DNA of 63,689 nt, counting the filler, from Octopus bimaculoides (taxonomy: Eukaryota), in assembly GCF_001194135.2 (NCBI RefSeq). It is 6 parts of 6 records of this genome, joined end to end, with 100 filler letters (N's around TTAATTAATTAA, not from the genome) between each part and the next. Parts side by side here need not be neighbours in the genome. Positions count along the whole stretch, not along the records: positions 34,272 to 53,921 come from NC_069000.1; 5 more parts are not named here. One strand, written 5' to 3'. Below the pieces are notes generated by a model that saw only the letters and a list, made by a program, of their open reading frames with translations, was not told where the DNA came from and ran no database searches. This document shows positions 36,430 through 48,535 of this stretch, piece by piece. A program made the translations under genes and the position numbers. The stretch's first letter is position 1; each line of letters begins with the position of its first letter.

Positions 36430-38490
36430 TCTGTATTTTGTTATTAATTTAACTAATTAGAGACGAAGCTATTCTATTTTTCTCTTTAGCGCAAGACCTA
36501 CCAACTATTGTTGATGACTGCACCCGTCAACTTCCGATTAGCTAGTTCGGTAAATAGGTCTCTAAAATGTTTCTGCATATGAAAGTACTGGATCAGCTTC
36601 TATTGCCTGGTTCCTATGTATTGGACTGATCTAAGTTGATTGTAGTTTGTGATCCGTGTAGTCCAGCTACCAGAGACTGTGGACAACTTATGCTATTTTT
36701 TCTGTTAATCTAACGAAAATTCTTTCTAAATACCTGTGTCAATGACCCGCTGCTATTATGCCATTGGCGTATTCGGGAAATCTAGGTGAAATATGTTAGA
36801 GAGTTAGAAGTACCCGAGTAGGTTTACAAGACTTTTGCTCTTCTCAATCGGCTGCTTTAACGCATTTGCTGTGAGTATCCAAGATATCATTCCAGTCACC
36901 TACTTATGCTAATGAGTAAGATATTTAAACAAATTTGTCCTACTTGCTACTTTTGGAGCGCAACGGCCACTACTCTGATGGTTCTACTGTCGTCTTTCCT
37001 GCTGCTTGTGGCCAGGTCCACTGATCTATAGTCCTGGTCTAAGAAAGCAGTGTTTATATTTAGAAGCGAGCGTTTCCGAAACAGCACCGCTCAGCCATTC
37101 CATCTAGGTCGACAGAGAAGCGTAAGCTTCATTGTCTTCCAGGAAGAAGTTGAGCGGTTTCGCCCCAGAAATCTTGGTATCGCTAATGGCTACTACATCG
37201 AGACACAGTGACCTGAGGCCTTTGACAGGTCTTCCTGCTTCTCTGCCGACAACAAGCCAATGATATTTATACTCCTTACATTCATTAAGTAGAAGAATAC
37301 AAAAAGAAAAATGGAGAATTTCATTTACCCTGATCTTGTTTTTAGGGACCTTTGTAAAGGCCATCCAAAATCTGTCTAATATATGTTTAACATTCTCTAT
37401 GTCACTTGGAACAAACTCTTCGAGAGAGAGCGTTACAGTTCTGGTATGGTTCTCACTAAAAGTTTTCTTTGTTAGATTTTTTTAATATAGTTATCTGTGC
37501 GATGCCCTCGCCTGAGGTAAAAATGCTGTCTTTAGTGGAATGTATGTACTCCAGTGACTTCACGTTATGCTTTCGGAGAAGTGTAATTAAGAGGTTCGGT
37601 AGTGAGTTGTTATTGTCGCTGCTATGTTTGTGAAGTTTTCAGCTCTTGTTTCTGCGTTTTTTTTCTCGGTGTTTCTACACTTGTTGCCACTGATTTTGCT
37701 GTCTCTTGCTCTGCTTGATGTTGTCTTCCTTGTTCCTGATGTTGTCTTTCTTGTTCCTGGTGTTGTCTTTCCTGTTCTCGGTGTTGTTGTTGACGGGTCA
37801 CTAGTTTTCCTTGTAGAATCTTTTTCTGATGGTGTTGTTTGCGATTCCATAGTAGTTGTTGCTGTTGTCGTTGTTGTTGTTATCGGCTAGTTTAACTGTT
37901 TGGCTGTATCTTTTGGGGTGTTGTTTGACTTGGTGCTGTCGACCCTTTTGGTTTTCGGGGCCAAATCAGCAGTTTTATCTGTCCGATCCCTTCCTTGTGG
38001 ATGAACTATCTACAACGTTCCAGTCAAACGTTTTCATTTTGCTCGTCTCCTCTACTTCTAAGGATTGGATGGTGTAGAGAGTGACAGTCTTTGTTTTATC
38101 GGTAGGTTTTATTTGAACATGTTGGTCTTGATGTTGTTATCGCTGTTGTTCTTGTTTTGGTTGATGTTGTTGGTATTGGTGATCATTGTGGTGGTACCAG
38201 TGGGAAGACTTGCATTTGAATCGTTTGCATATGTGTGCAGGAAAGCCTTTGATGCTTCATTTTCTTGCTGTCACTGCTGCAGTTGATTTAGTCATAGACT
38301 TTAGGGTGTTGATAGAAGCGATGATCTTAGGTACTCGACTATTTTCCCCTATAGGGCAGAAAACGTTGAAACGGTCACAGATGCAACACTTTGGCTTTCT
38401 CCCTTCCACTACATTAGGCGTTTGCTCACACTCTACGAATTGGAAGTGGTCCGGGATGTGAGCTAAGTCATTAGGTACCACAATCACCTA
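36430..38490 (-). mobile_element. L1/Tx1-like LINE 5' half (ORF1 + APE endonuclease), decayed
   Basis: ORF1-like VVEGRKPKCCIC (zinc-knuckle-like); APE motifs LRSLCLDVVAISDTK, IRVVAV, GDWNDILD and degraded (D)HKL. Confidence 0.75.
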
Positions 38491-39593
38491 GAACTTCAGT
38501 CATACACATTTTATTCTGCTAAGGAGTGGACTTCTGTGTTATAACCTCTCCGTGCTCCTCCATCATAGCAATCCAGAGTGGATTGCTCACTGTTGGGTAG
38601 CTCGTTGGTGACCTGTATTTCCATCACCCCTCTTTCTAAGGATAGTGGTATCATGACAAACTAGTGGAACAAGTAATTGGTAGTAGTCAGACTTCTAGAT
38701 TCGGCTTCACTGTTCTAAACAGCAACAACTGTTCCCTATTGCTTGTCTCTTGTTTATATTCCACAGTAGAGCAAACTTCCTGCAAGCACTTTTCAATTTT
38801 TGCTGGACTGAGACATTGTACTTTTTTGTTTGTGTTTATGCATTTGTAAACATTTTTTTCTTTCTGTGTGTTGTGTAAGTGCTTTCTACCTCTGCGAGTT
38901 GATGTTTCATGAATGCCAGGCGTATGATTTTGCATTTATATTTTTTAACATATTCTTCATTACGATCGAGTGACTGTTTAACCTTATTCAGTACAAGTTA
39001 TAGCCGTAAACAAACTTTTCGTTCTAGTCTCATTGTTGTTGCTATCGTCACCGTTATTGCAGTTGTTGTTGATTTTTACCTTAAAAATCAATACCGACAT
39101 TGCTTCCTTTCGCTTGACGTAAGCATCGCTCCGTTTCTCTACCTTTCTCATTTAGACATTCTTCCATCTCCACCCATGCATTAAATTCTTGATACGGTGA
39201 ATATAATTATTTCTTCACAAATGACTATGTTTTTTGCTTATCAAATGAAGACACAATTTTGCAGAATAACATTCAAGACGTGTCATTAATAATACAGAAA
39301 AGTTCTGATTAGGAGGTCAAAAAATATAGAGGGAAATTAAAGAAAATGAATTATAGAGAACAACTTACCTGTGGTCTAACGTGACAGCTGTTATGCCCAT
39401 TGTTTTGTTTTATGCCAACCTGGAAAAAATAAAACATCATCACATAAGATTCGAAGATACAAAATGTATTCTCTATAGAAAGGACCGCTTTGGAAAAATG
39501 ACATATATGTTATGTAGAATATATATTATATATATATATATATTTATATGCGTATATAAATGCATTTGCATGAGTATATATATTTATATATAC

Positions 39594-39691
<98 letters not shown>

Positions 39692-39721
39692 CATACACAC
39701 ACACATGCACATATATGTATA

Positions 39722-40540
39722 TATGGACGCCGCTTGGCTGACTGGTTCGCGGAGTAGCTCCGAATCATCATACTCGGTAATGACACCCCGGTCTCGCGCC
39801 ATTTCCGCTCTACCGGTCATTCACTACAACATCTCTTTGTGTTCGGACTGTCTTTGCAAAGGGACAATCCGGACTCCCGCCTTCACTGGGAACAGGAATT
39901 AAATCTCTCTTTGCTCCTTTACGCCAATGGGCTCAACTCACCTCATCTCTTCACCTGACTCCCCTCTTCCCTTCATCTAACACCTACTTCTCTCTTCACT
40001 CCTACCTACCACCTCTATTCATTGATATCCCAATCCACACCACTCCACACCACTCCACATACACTAGCACTAACCACTTCCCAACACCCACACTAAAAAC
40101 CATTATCCACACACCCACTAACAATTTTAAATGACGTCACCACACATACCACTATATGAGCAGCCACACACTTACAGAGCACACACTTACACACACATTC
40201 CCACACGTCACAGTCACTAGCCCCTATTCACACACACACATACTTACACATTCCCATACACGCACGCGCACATTCATTTGGGATCACTAGCACTTTATTA
40301 TCTCCCTTTCTTTCAAACTCTTCTTTCAAACTTTTTTCTAATCATTTGCAATACTTAACCGCTAAATCTACAAGTTTGCCTTCATTCTCTCTCTGTTTAT
40401 TTTCTCTTATTCCTTTCTGTTGAAGAGCGTAGACTCGAAACGTAAAAGACTTTTTCATTTTCTCGAGCGTCAAACAATTACACCTGCTGGATGTTTATAT
40501 GCCTCTCTTCGTCTTTTGTTTTTCTATAAATTGCAACACA
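39722..40540 (+). mobile_element. Penelope-like element 3' end: GIY-YIG C-terminus, UTR and terminal repeat with hammerhead-like motif
   Basis: GRRLADWFAE*LRII..NDTPVSRHF..GHSL..EQEL..NGLN matches the PLE GIY-YIG tail (RFxEH..PVxxHF..GLN). Motif CTTT-CTGTTGAA-GAGC(GTAG)ACTC-GAAA-CGT-A-AAAG at 40413-40448. Confidence 0.82.
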
Positions 40541-40553
40541 CACACACATGTAT

Positions 40554-40618
<65 letters not shown>

Positions 40619-40679
40619 CATATATATATATATACGCATACACACATATATATACACACATACACATATATATACATAC

Positions 40680-40710
<31 letters not shown>

Positions 40711-41138
40711 CGTGTGTATAATATAGGTGGGTAGGCTAAATCTCAGCTATTTCCAGTTGCATCTCATCTACTTATTGCATTAATACAAACCAATATGTGG
40801 TCACAGGTATTGCTGTATGTTAGTCAAAATACATATCAGAATTGAGAATTTTGAAAATATCATTTGCAGAGTTACTGTATAACAAAATAGGAAAGTGCAA
40901 ATTTTTTTGCTATTACTTATTCTCCATTATCCGTGTTTCATTTGTTAATGGAATTTCAAAGTTTCACATGTTAGGTATATATGCAAGGAATTTCTTTTTC
41001 TGTCTGAAGAATTTCTTATAGGAAATTCCTTACATGTATATCTAACATATAAACTTTATAACTCCTTTTAGCAAATGAAACACGTGTAATGGAGAATAAA
41101 TATTATGAAAAAACTTTCACTTACCTGTTTTATTATAC

Positions 41139-41225
<87 letters not shown>

Positions 41226-41226
<1 letters not shown>

Positions 41227-41780
41227 TAGCAACCCCCCGCCGTCCATTGGACGGTGTAATTTCGTGATAGGACTGGAGTCTAAAACAGTGTAATTCCGCT
41301 TCTGTCTATGCTTACAATTGAGGATTATTTGACGGAGTCGAGACGTTAACTCAAAAATGAGCTGGTATTGAAAAAGGAACATGTTCTTTTGCAGATATCG
41401 GGCATTAAAATGTGAAAATATGGAAAATAATCGTTCAGAATGCCGTTAATTGATTGGATGGCTGAAGAATCTATACAAAAAAGCATACACAACATTTCTA
41501 TGGACATGAAGGCAATCTGTAAGAAACATGTTTATTTGCAATATGAAATTACTTCAGGCATCTGGGAAGCTGTGCATCGAAATGAAAAAATGCTTGACTT
41601 TAACAACGGGCATTTGCTGGAAGTTTAACATAGCCTATCGTGAGGAGTAAATAACTTGCCTCATTTACAAGTCGGTGCCGAACCTTTGACGTCCCTGCTG
41701 CTCGGAGACCCTCCAGATTCTAAACATTTTCTTCCGAATATAAGAGTTTATAATTCCGCTTTCCAAATTAAAGAACAAAC
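41226..41780. mobile_element. Helitron remnant(s)
   Basis: Plus strand 41644-41769 EPLTSLLLGDPPDSKHFLPNIRVYNSAFQ matches the RepHel N-terminal motif HFLxNIRxYNSAFQ. CTAG plus a CCGTCC-ATT-GGACGG hairpin at 41226-41254 has Helitron 3'-end geometry on the minus strand. Confidence 0.75.
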
Positions 41781-41948
41781 AATGGGCATGAAGTGTCTAA
41801 TCAAGTGAGTCACGCTAAAGTCGAAAACTACCGCTCATTTTTTGTTTTATATAAAAAAACTGTTATATAAGAAACAGTTGATTAATCGCCAATTAGTGCA
41901 ATTTATTCGTTAAAGTTGATATCTTATTTCATTTTTACTTATTCAAAA

Positions 41949-42304
41949 GCTAAAAATATTTGGATATTTGGAGTTACATCACTCATTAATCAGCTGTTTA
42001 TCTTCGTAGCTGTATTGTGTAGAAAAATGTATTTATGTACATAAATGCCTGTGTATGTATTTGGCTGTTGTTTACCTTGATGTGTGTATACGTTCAGATA
42101 TAAAATTTAGTGAAACTTCATTGATGTCTTTGAGTGAGTCAAGAAACTTTTTGATGAAAAAAAATGGAGCTGAAAATATTTGAATATTTGGAGTTATATC
42201 ATTCATTAATCAGCTGTTTATCTTCGTAGCTGTATTGTGTAGAAAAATGTATGTACGTACATAGATGCCTATGTATGTATTTGGTTGTTGTATACCTTGA
42301 TGTG
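41949..42304. repeat. Local direct duplication: 136-bp unit, 220-bp period
   Basis: 41949-42084 versus 42169-42304, roughly 90% identical by eye. Confidence 0.9.
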
Positions 42305-42447
42305 AGCATTTTTTTACAAATATTTACGGAATTTGACTTAAAAAAAACCTGTAGTAAAGAAGCCTTCAGTAGGAGTAATATTATATATGATTATGTGAGT
42401 GCGGTTTTTAGTCAAATCAGCACAGACACTCACATATAGATATGCAT

Positions 42448-42545
42448 ATTATGGTCGTGTGGTAAGAAGTTTGCTTCCCAACCACATGCTTCCGGGTTCA
42501 GTTCTACTGCATGACACCTCGGGCAAGTGTCGTCTACTATGGATC
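42448..42545 (+). mobile_element. tRNA-SINE head
   Basis: TGGTCGTGTGGTAAGAAGTTTGCTTCCCAACCACATG...CCGGGTTCAGTT...CTCGGGCAAGTGTC; reverse complement of the 44700-44775 end. Confidence 0.7.
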
Positions 42546-42619
42546 CGGGCCCATCTGGATATTCTGGAGATAGTAATCATTTAAATAGTTTCAGGATTTT
42601 AATGTCTTAGTTCTATGCA

Positions 42620-43090
42620 ATCCTCATCTTGCACACATATGAACGCTGAAATACAGAATGCCCTGTAGACTTGGACCTTAATACGGAGTCTGAGATAGTT
42701 GTTAAGAAAATTTCTATTTCTAAGATATTAATAGATACACAGGCCTGTCAGAGGCTGTTTAAAATTTCCTCGTCTATTGTGAAAACGATACTGCCAAGGT
42801 ATCTGAGTTATGAAGTGCAGCTAGTTGTGGCTGTTGCAATGTAAAGGTAGAGAGGGAAAAGGGCGGTACAGTGTACAACTGAGTACTAAACCACGTTGTT
42901 TGGACGTTAACTGTCCACGCACATTCTTTTATAAAGCTGTAACTACTGCTGAAATGTTTGCCTCAGTGCTTCCAGAGTGTATGCCACCAGAGCACTGTTA
43001 TCAGCTAATTATAGCTCAATTTGTTCATATCTGTGCTGGGTGGTGATTCACAGCCTTCTCATGTTGAAAAAAAAGGTGCGAATTAAGTTT
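42620..43090 (-). mobile_element. RTE/BovB-like RT remnant
   Basis: Minus strand FFNMRRL...LADNSALVAYT (for LFNLRRL...FADDCALVAH), RYLGS and KVQVYRA. Confidence 0.75.
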
Positions 43091-43750
43091 GATTCCCACA
43101 ATTGAGGACTGGTCTGCATCATAGAATTTGTGTATTCCATGCTTGTTTGTATGCAGTTTCTTGACCTTTTGCAATACAGCGTCCATTTTTCTTCAGGGTA
43201 CGAATTCTGGAACAAGCTTAATTCCAAAGAGCTTGTCACACACTTTTAATATGTGCAGTGAGGAATTGTTCAGAGTTGCTCTGTGAGCCAGATGCATGTT
43301 ATTCAGGAACCTATCGAATGCGCTATAATTCTCATACAACCGATGGTTTCAACGACAGTAAAATGAAGTGTGTTATTTATGTCACTTTCGAGGCAACGAG
43401 TGCTCACGATGCTTTCTGTCTGATAGCTCAGGAATCAATGTTTTGAGCTACTTAGTGTCGTAAGGAATACACTTGTAATCTGGCATTTGTTGCTAGCATG
43501 CAATTTTCTATCTAATGATCTGCTCCCTCCATTGCACTGATAAGAAAAACATCTTACTGACGATCATGTTGTCAGCAATATACCAGTGTTTGGATCTGGA
43601 TACACCAATGAAGCCTTATGTTTGTTTATCTTTGTTTATCTACTGGAAGATGATGTTCTTAATGGTGGAGTCGTGCTCTACAAGAAGTCTAATGCCATTG
43701 CTGTTAGTTTTCTCAATATGGCTCCTTATCATTCGATTTCATATTTTTAT
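43090..43750 (-). mobile_element. Possible Penelope-like remnant
   Basis: Frameshifted HGIHKF...RPVL/SIVG resembles YGLPKxHK...RPVLSxVG; heavily decayed. Confidence 0.45.
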
Positions 43751-44289
43751 ATTTCTCCCCACTCTTGTATTAAAATTACGCATTAGGATGATTTTTATCT
43801 TGTTCGAGTATGGTAGTCAGTGTCCAATCTAGTCTCTGATAGAAGTAGTCTTTGTATTGACTATCAGCTCGGCAGGGTTACTGCATAGGCACTCAACAGG
43901 TCGACAAAGTGGCTCTCTGCAAGGGGAATATGAAGTGATGGTCAGTAGTTCTAGCCGGTACCGCAATAAGTTTAGACAGCAGAGATTGTCACAGCACAAC
44001 CCATGCCATGTTGGAGTGTGTCCAACCTCAGGATATCCATTCTAGAAGTTATAGCCCTCGCTAGTCTTGTCAAGAGAACCCTTTGCAAGTCTCTGTCTCA
44101 ACAAGCTCAGAAATATCGGCACTGTTTGTAGCACCTTAGTTCACTGGGTATGAGAGGTATTTGGCTCTGGGGTTGGCTTGCTGCTGACATCGGATATTGT
44201 GCACGTGTCTGCTTATTCCACGAGACAAGCCTAAATTGTTTCTTTCCTTTCTTTTTTGCAACAGCTGTGTGGAATATTGGGATATATAT

Positions 44290-44530
44290 TTATCTTTTAT
44301 CTTTTACTTGTTTTAATAATTAGACCGCGGCCATGCTCGTGCACCACCTTGAAGAAGTTTTAGTCGACCTCAGTACTTATTTTGAAGTCTAATACTTATT
44401 CGGTTGGTCACTTTTGCCGAGCCGCTAGGTTATGGAGATGTAAACATACCGACACAGGGTGGCAAGCGCTGGTGGGGCCAAACACGGACACAAAGATACG
44501 CACACACACACACACACACGCACACACACA

Positions 44531-44561
<31 letters not shown>

Positions 44562-44575
44562 NNNNNNNNNNCACA

Positions 44576-44606
<31 letters not shown>

Positions 44607-44775
44607 GCACGCACACACACAAACACACACACACATACGCATACACATATATATACGGCGGACTTCTTTCAGATTCCGACAAGGATTTGGTCGGCCCGAA
44701 GCTATAGTAGAAGACACTTGCTCGAGGGAGGTGTCACGCACTGGAACTGAACCCGGAACAATGTGGTTGGGAAAC
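44290..44775 (-). mobile_element. SINE with an internal (CA)n/(TA)n microsatellite
   Basis: tRNA-like head (44700-44775), body, internal microsatellite 44500-44655, then a 3' tail matching 8960-9112. Confidence 0.8.
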
Positions 44776-44829
44776 AGTGTGTGCGTGCCCACGCGCACGT
44801 GAGCGTGTGTGTGAGTTGGTGAGTGTGTA

Positions 44830-44867
<38 letters not shown>

Positions 44868-44892
44868 TAGATATATGTATATCTTATTATGT

Positions 44893-45205
44893 CTAGGGAG
44901 AGTCATTCTATTTTAGTGCCTTATTAATTTAACACACTCACCAGTCTGATTTCCACTCGTTTCGTTATTTTTTACTAAAATTTTCGTCGTGACTTGCAGC
45001 CTTTTCAGTAGTCGTTGAAATGTGTATAGATTTACTTCGTTTTTGTATTTGGTTTGCAAGATTCTTTATGTGAATTCGGGTGTCGAACCATATTTTATTG
45101 TGTCTGGGAAGAGTCATTCTCTTTTAATACCTTACTAACTGACACACTCACTGGTTTGATTTCCACACATTTATTTATTTTTTCTAAAATTTTCGTGACT
45201 ATGTT
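44893..45205. repeat. Two ~105-bp direct copies of an interspersed repeat unit
   Basis: GAGAGTCATTCT...ACACACTCAC...GATTTCCAC...CTAAAATTTTCGT occurs at ~44897 and ~45108. Confidence 0.75.
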
Positions 45206-45260
45206 CGTGCGTCTGTTATGTATGGCTGTGTATGTATACATATACATATAATATATATAT

Positions 45261-45362
<102 letters not shown>

Positions 45363-45650
45363 GCACATATATATTACATATACATACATAGACTGTGTAT
45401 AACGTATATATACAAATATATGGATTTAACACAGATGACCATAAGTTTCCGTCTGTATGAACATTTCAAACAAAGTGATAATGGTTCGATTAATGAATTT
45501 TATTGCAAAGAAGTAGATGTGATATTTACCCAGCAGTAAGATGTGGAGAAAGTGAGAGAAAGAGAGAGAGAGAGAGAGTGTGTGTGTGTATGTGTGTGTA
45601 TGAGAGAGTGAGAGTGTATGTGTGTATATGAGAAAGAGAGTGTATGTGTG

Positions 45651-45701
<51 letters not shown>

Positions 45702-46561
45702 GTGTGTATGAGAGAGAGAGAGAGACAGGAGGAGAGAGCTGCTCTAGAAACCAGCTGGTTCTCATTACCGTTGAGTAGATAAGAACAATATCAAATGAAT
45801 TATCTTGTTTAAGGATATAATGTTTCCCCACACAGTTTCAGGAATTGAACCCACACCATTATGATCATGAGTCGAATATTTTAACCAATTGGTCACTTTT
45901 GCGTCACGCACCTGCGAAAATGTCACTGGTGCTCAATCATTTTAACTTTGTAGCATCCCAGAGNNNNNNNNNNNNNNNNNNNNNNNNNNNNNNNNNNNNN
46001 NNNNNNNNNNNNNNNNNNNNNNNNNNNNNNNNNNNNNNNNNNNNNNNNNNNNNNNNNNNNNNNNNNNNNNNNNNNNNNNNNNNNNNNNNNNNNNNNNNNN
46101 NNNNNNNNNNNNNNNNNNNNNNNNNNNNNNNNNNNNNNNNNNNNNNNNNNNNNNNNNNNNNNNNNNNNNNNNNNNNNNNNNNNNNNNNNNNNNNNNNNNN
46201 NNNNNNNNNNNNNNNNNNNNNNNNNNNNNNNNNNNNNNNNNNNNNNNNNNNNNNNNNNNNNNNNNNNNNNNNNNNNNNNNNNNNNNNNNNNNNNNNNNNN
46301 NNNNNNNNNNNNNNNNNNNNNNNNNNNNNNNNNNNNNNNNNNNNNNNNNNNNNNNNNNNNNNNNNNNNNNNNNNNNNNNNNNNNNNNNNNNNNNNNNNNN
46401 NNNNNNNNNNNNNNNNNNNNNNNNNNNNNNNNNNNNNNNNNNNNNNNNNNNNNNNNNNNNNNNNNNNNNNNNNNNNNNNNNNNNNNNNNNNNNNNNNNNN
46501 NNNNNNNNNNNNNNNNNNNNNNNNNNNNNNNNNNNNNNNNNNNNNNNNNNNNNNAAATAAA

Positions 46562-46598
<37 letters not shown>

Positions 46599-46757
46599 AG
46601 AGAGTTAGGGGTTGAGGGTTCAACCCACTAAGGGATAGTACACATACATACACACATATACATGTATATACATACATACATACATACATATATACATACA
46701 TACATGCACATACATATGCGTGCGCATATATTTATATATACAAATATATAAACATAA

Positions 46758-46788
<31 letters not shown>

Positions 46789-47555
46789 TGTGTGTGTGTG
46801 TGTGTGCGCGTGTGTGTGTAAGTGGACGAATAGCAAATAAAAGGAGGGAGGAAAAGAAGGATGAGGTAGAGGAAGAAAAAGTAGGAAGAAGTATTAAAGA
46901 AAAAGGTTGCTAAAGGAAGGAGGTGAAGGAGAACAAAAGCGGGAGAAAGATAAAAAGATGAACGAAGATTTGTCAATAAGAGGGACCGTGAAAGAGGAAA
47001 AAAAAAAATAATGACAAAAATATTAATGGAAGCAAGTAAGAAGGAATGCTGCTACCGAAATCAATAATTCTAAATCGATCCGACGAGGAATATTATAATG
47101 TTATTCATGCAGACATTGCATGCAGTTATCTTAACGCCAGCATTATGAAACAAACATTATTATCAATTAAAGAATGAAAAAAAGAAAAAAATTTTAAAGA
47201 ACTGAAATAGAATAAATAAAAAGCAGAAAAGAAATCTCCAGACCGAATTTCCAGTTAATTTTTTTTTTTTAGGGCAAATGATAGAAAAAAGGTAAAAAGA
47301 AGAAACTGGGGAAGAAACTAGATTATTTGCATTTCTGCTTAAAAACCACTCTGACTCCAGACGTCATTTCTGATATAACAGTTATCGCTTGCTGGATTAA
47401 ATGAATTGATATAAGAAACAAATAAACAAACAAACAAAATAATACTGTAAAGGAAATGATTAGTTCCATCGATTTATCAGAAAAAGCCGGTTACGCCTAA
47501 GGGCTTCAAGCACATTCTGATTCTAATATTTACTCCTGTCTGCGTGCATGTGTGT

Positions 47556-47598
<43 letters not shown>

Positions 47599-47636
47599 TG
47601 TGCGCGCGCATATGCGTGTATGGGTATGCGTGTGCA

Positions 47637-47679
<43 letters not shown>

Positions 47680-48444
47680 TTGAATTATATCAAAACTAAT
47701 AATTGATGTTTCGGATGCATTTTAATACTTATCTTTCATGTAGTTACGTAACAAGTTATTATGCAAATATCCATTATCTTCAGTTATTTGCGAGCGAAAT
47801 ACATCGGTAATTTCAAATTTGTCCCCATGTATAAGTAGACTGCATAAGTAAAACTACAGAAAACCATATTATAAAAAATAGAAAGAAAAAGAAAAGGAGA
47901 AAGTAGACAAAAAGGTAAGTCGAAAATATATAAAAGTTTATAATTGTAGAAATGTCTTCGGAAGTTGAGAAGTAATTACGGATAACTTAATGATGAAAAT
48001 AAATAAATAAATAAATAAATAATAAACTTCAATCGAAGAAGGAAGAAAAAAAAGATTAATGATACTGCCAAAAGCATGACAATTCATTGTCAAGCAGGCT
48101 AAGAAATATTGATATATACAAGGAAACGTTGATAGTGACTTGGATATTTCACAGTTTTTTTTTTTTATCTGTCAGTATCATGGCGAAACTACAAAGTTAC
48201 TCTTAACTCTTCATTGTAAAACTACATTTGGTACTCTAAGTACATTGAGTGATTCCTCAATTACCTGTTTTCATGTACAACGCATAAATATATTCAAAAA
48301 GAAACATTAACGTAAATAATGGTTATGTATCGTCGTTTTCTGTGATGACAAAAAACACATACATTATTTATGCAGCATTCTTTCTGACATATTCGCGCTT
48401 GAGTATTCACAGTTCGAAACACACCATGCTACATATATATATAC

Positions 48445-48483
<39 letters not shown>

Positions 48484-48496
48484 TACATATATATAT

Positions 48497-48535
<39 letters not shown>

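Noticed and set aside
47701-47745. Further hammerhead-like remnants on the minus strand (also ~38900, ~31280)
   Set aside because: Only the GAAAC-type tail and a partial stem II remain; the core is unrecognisable.
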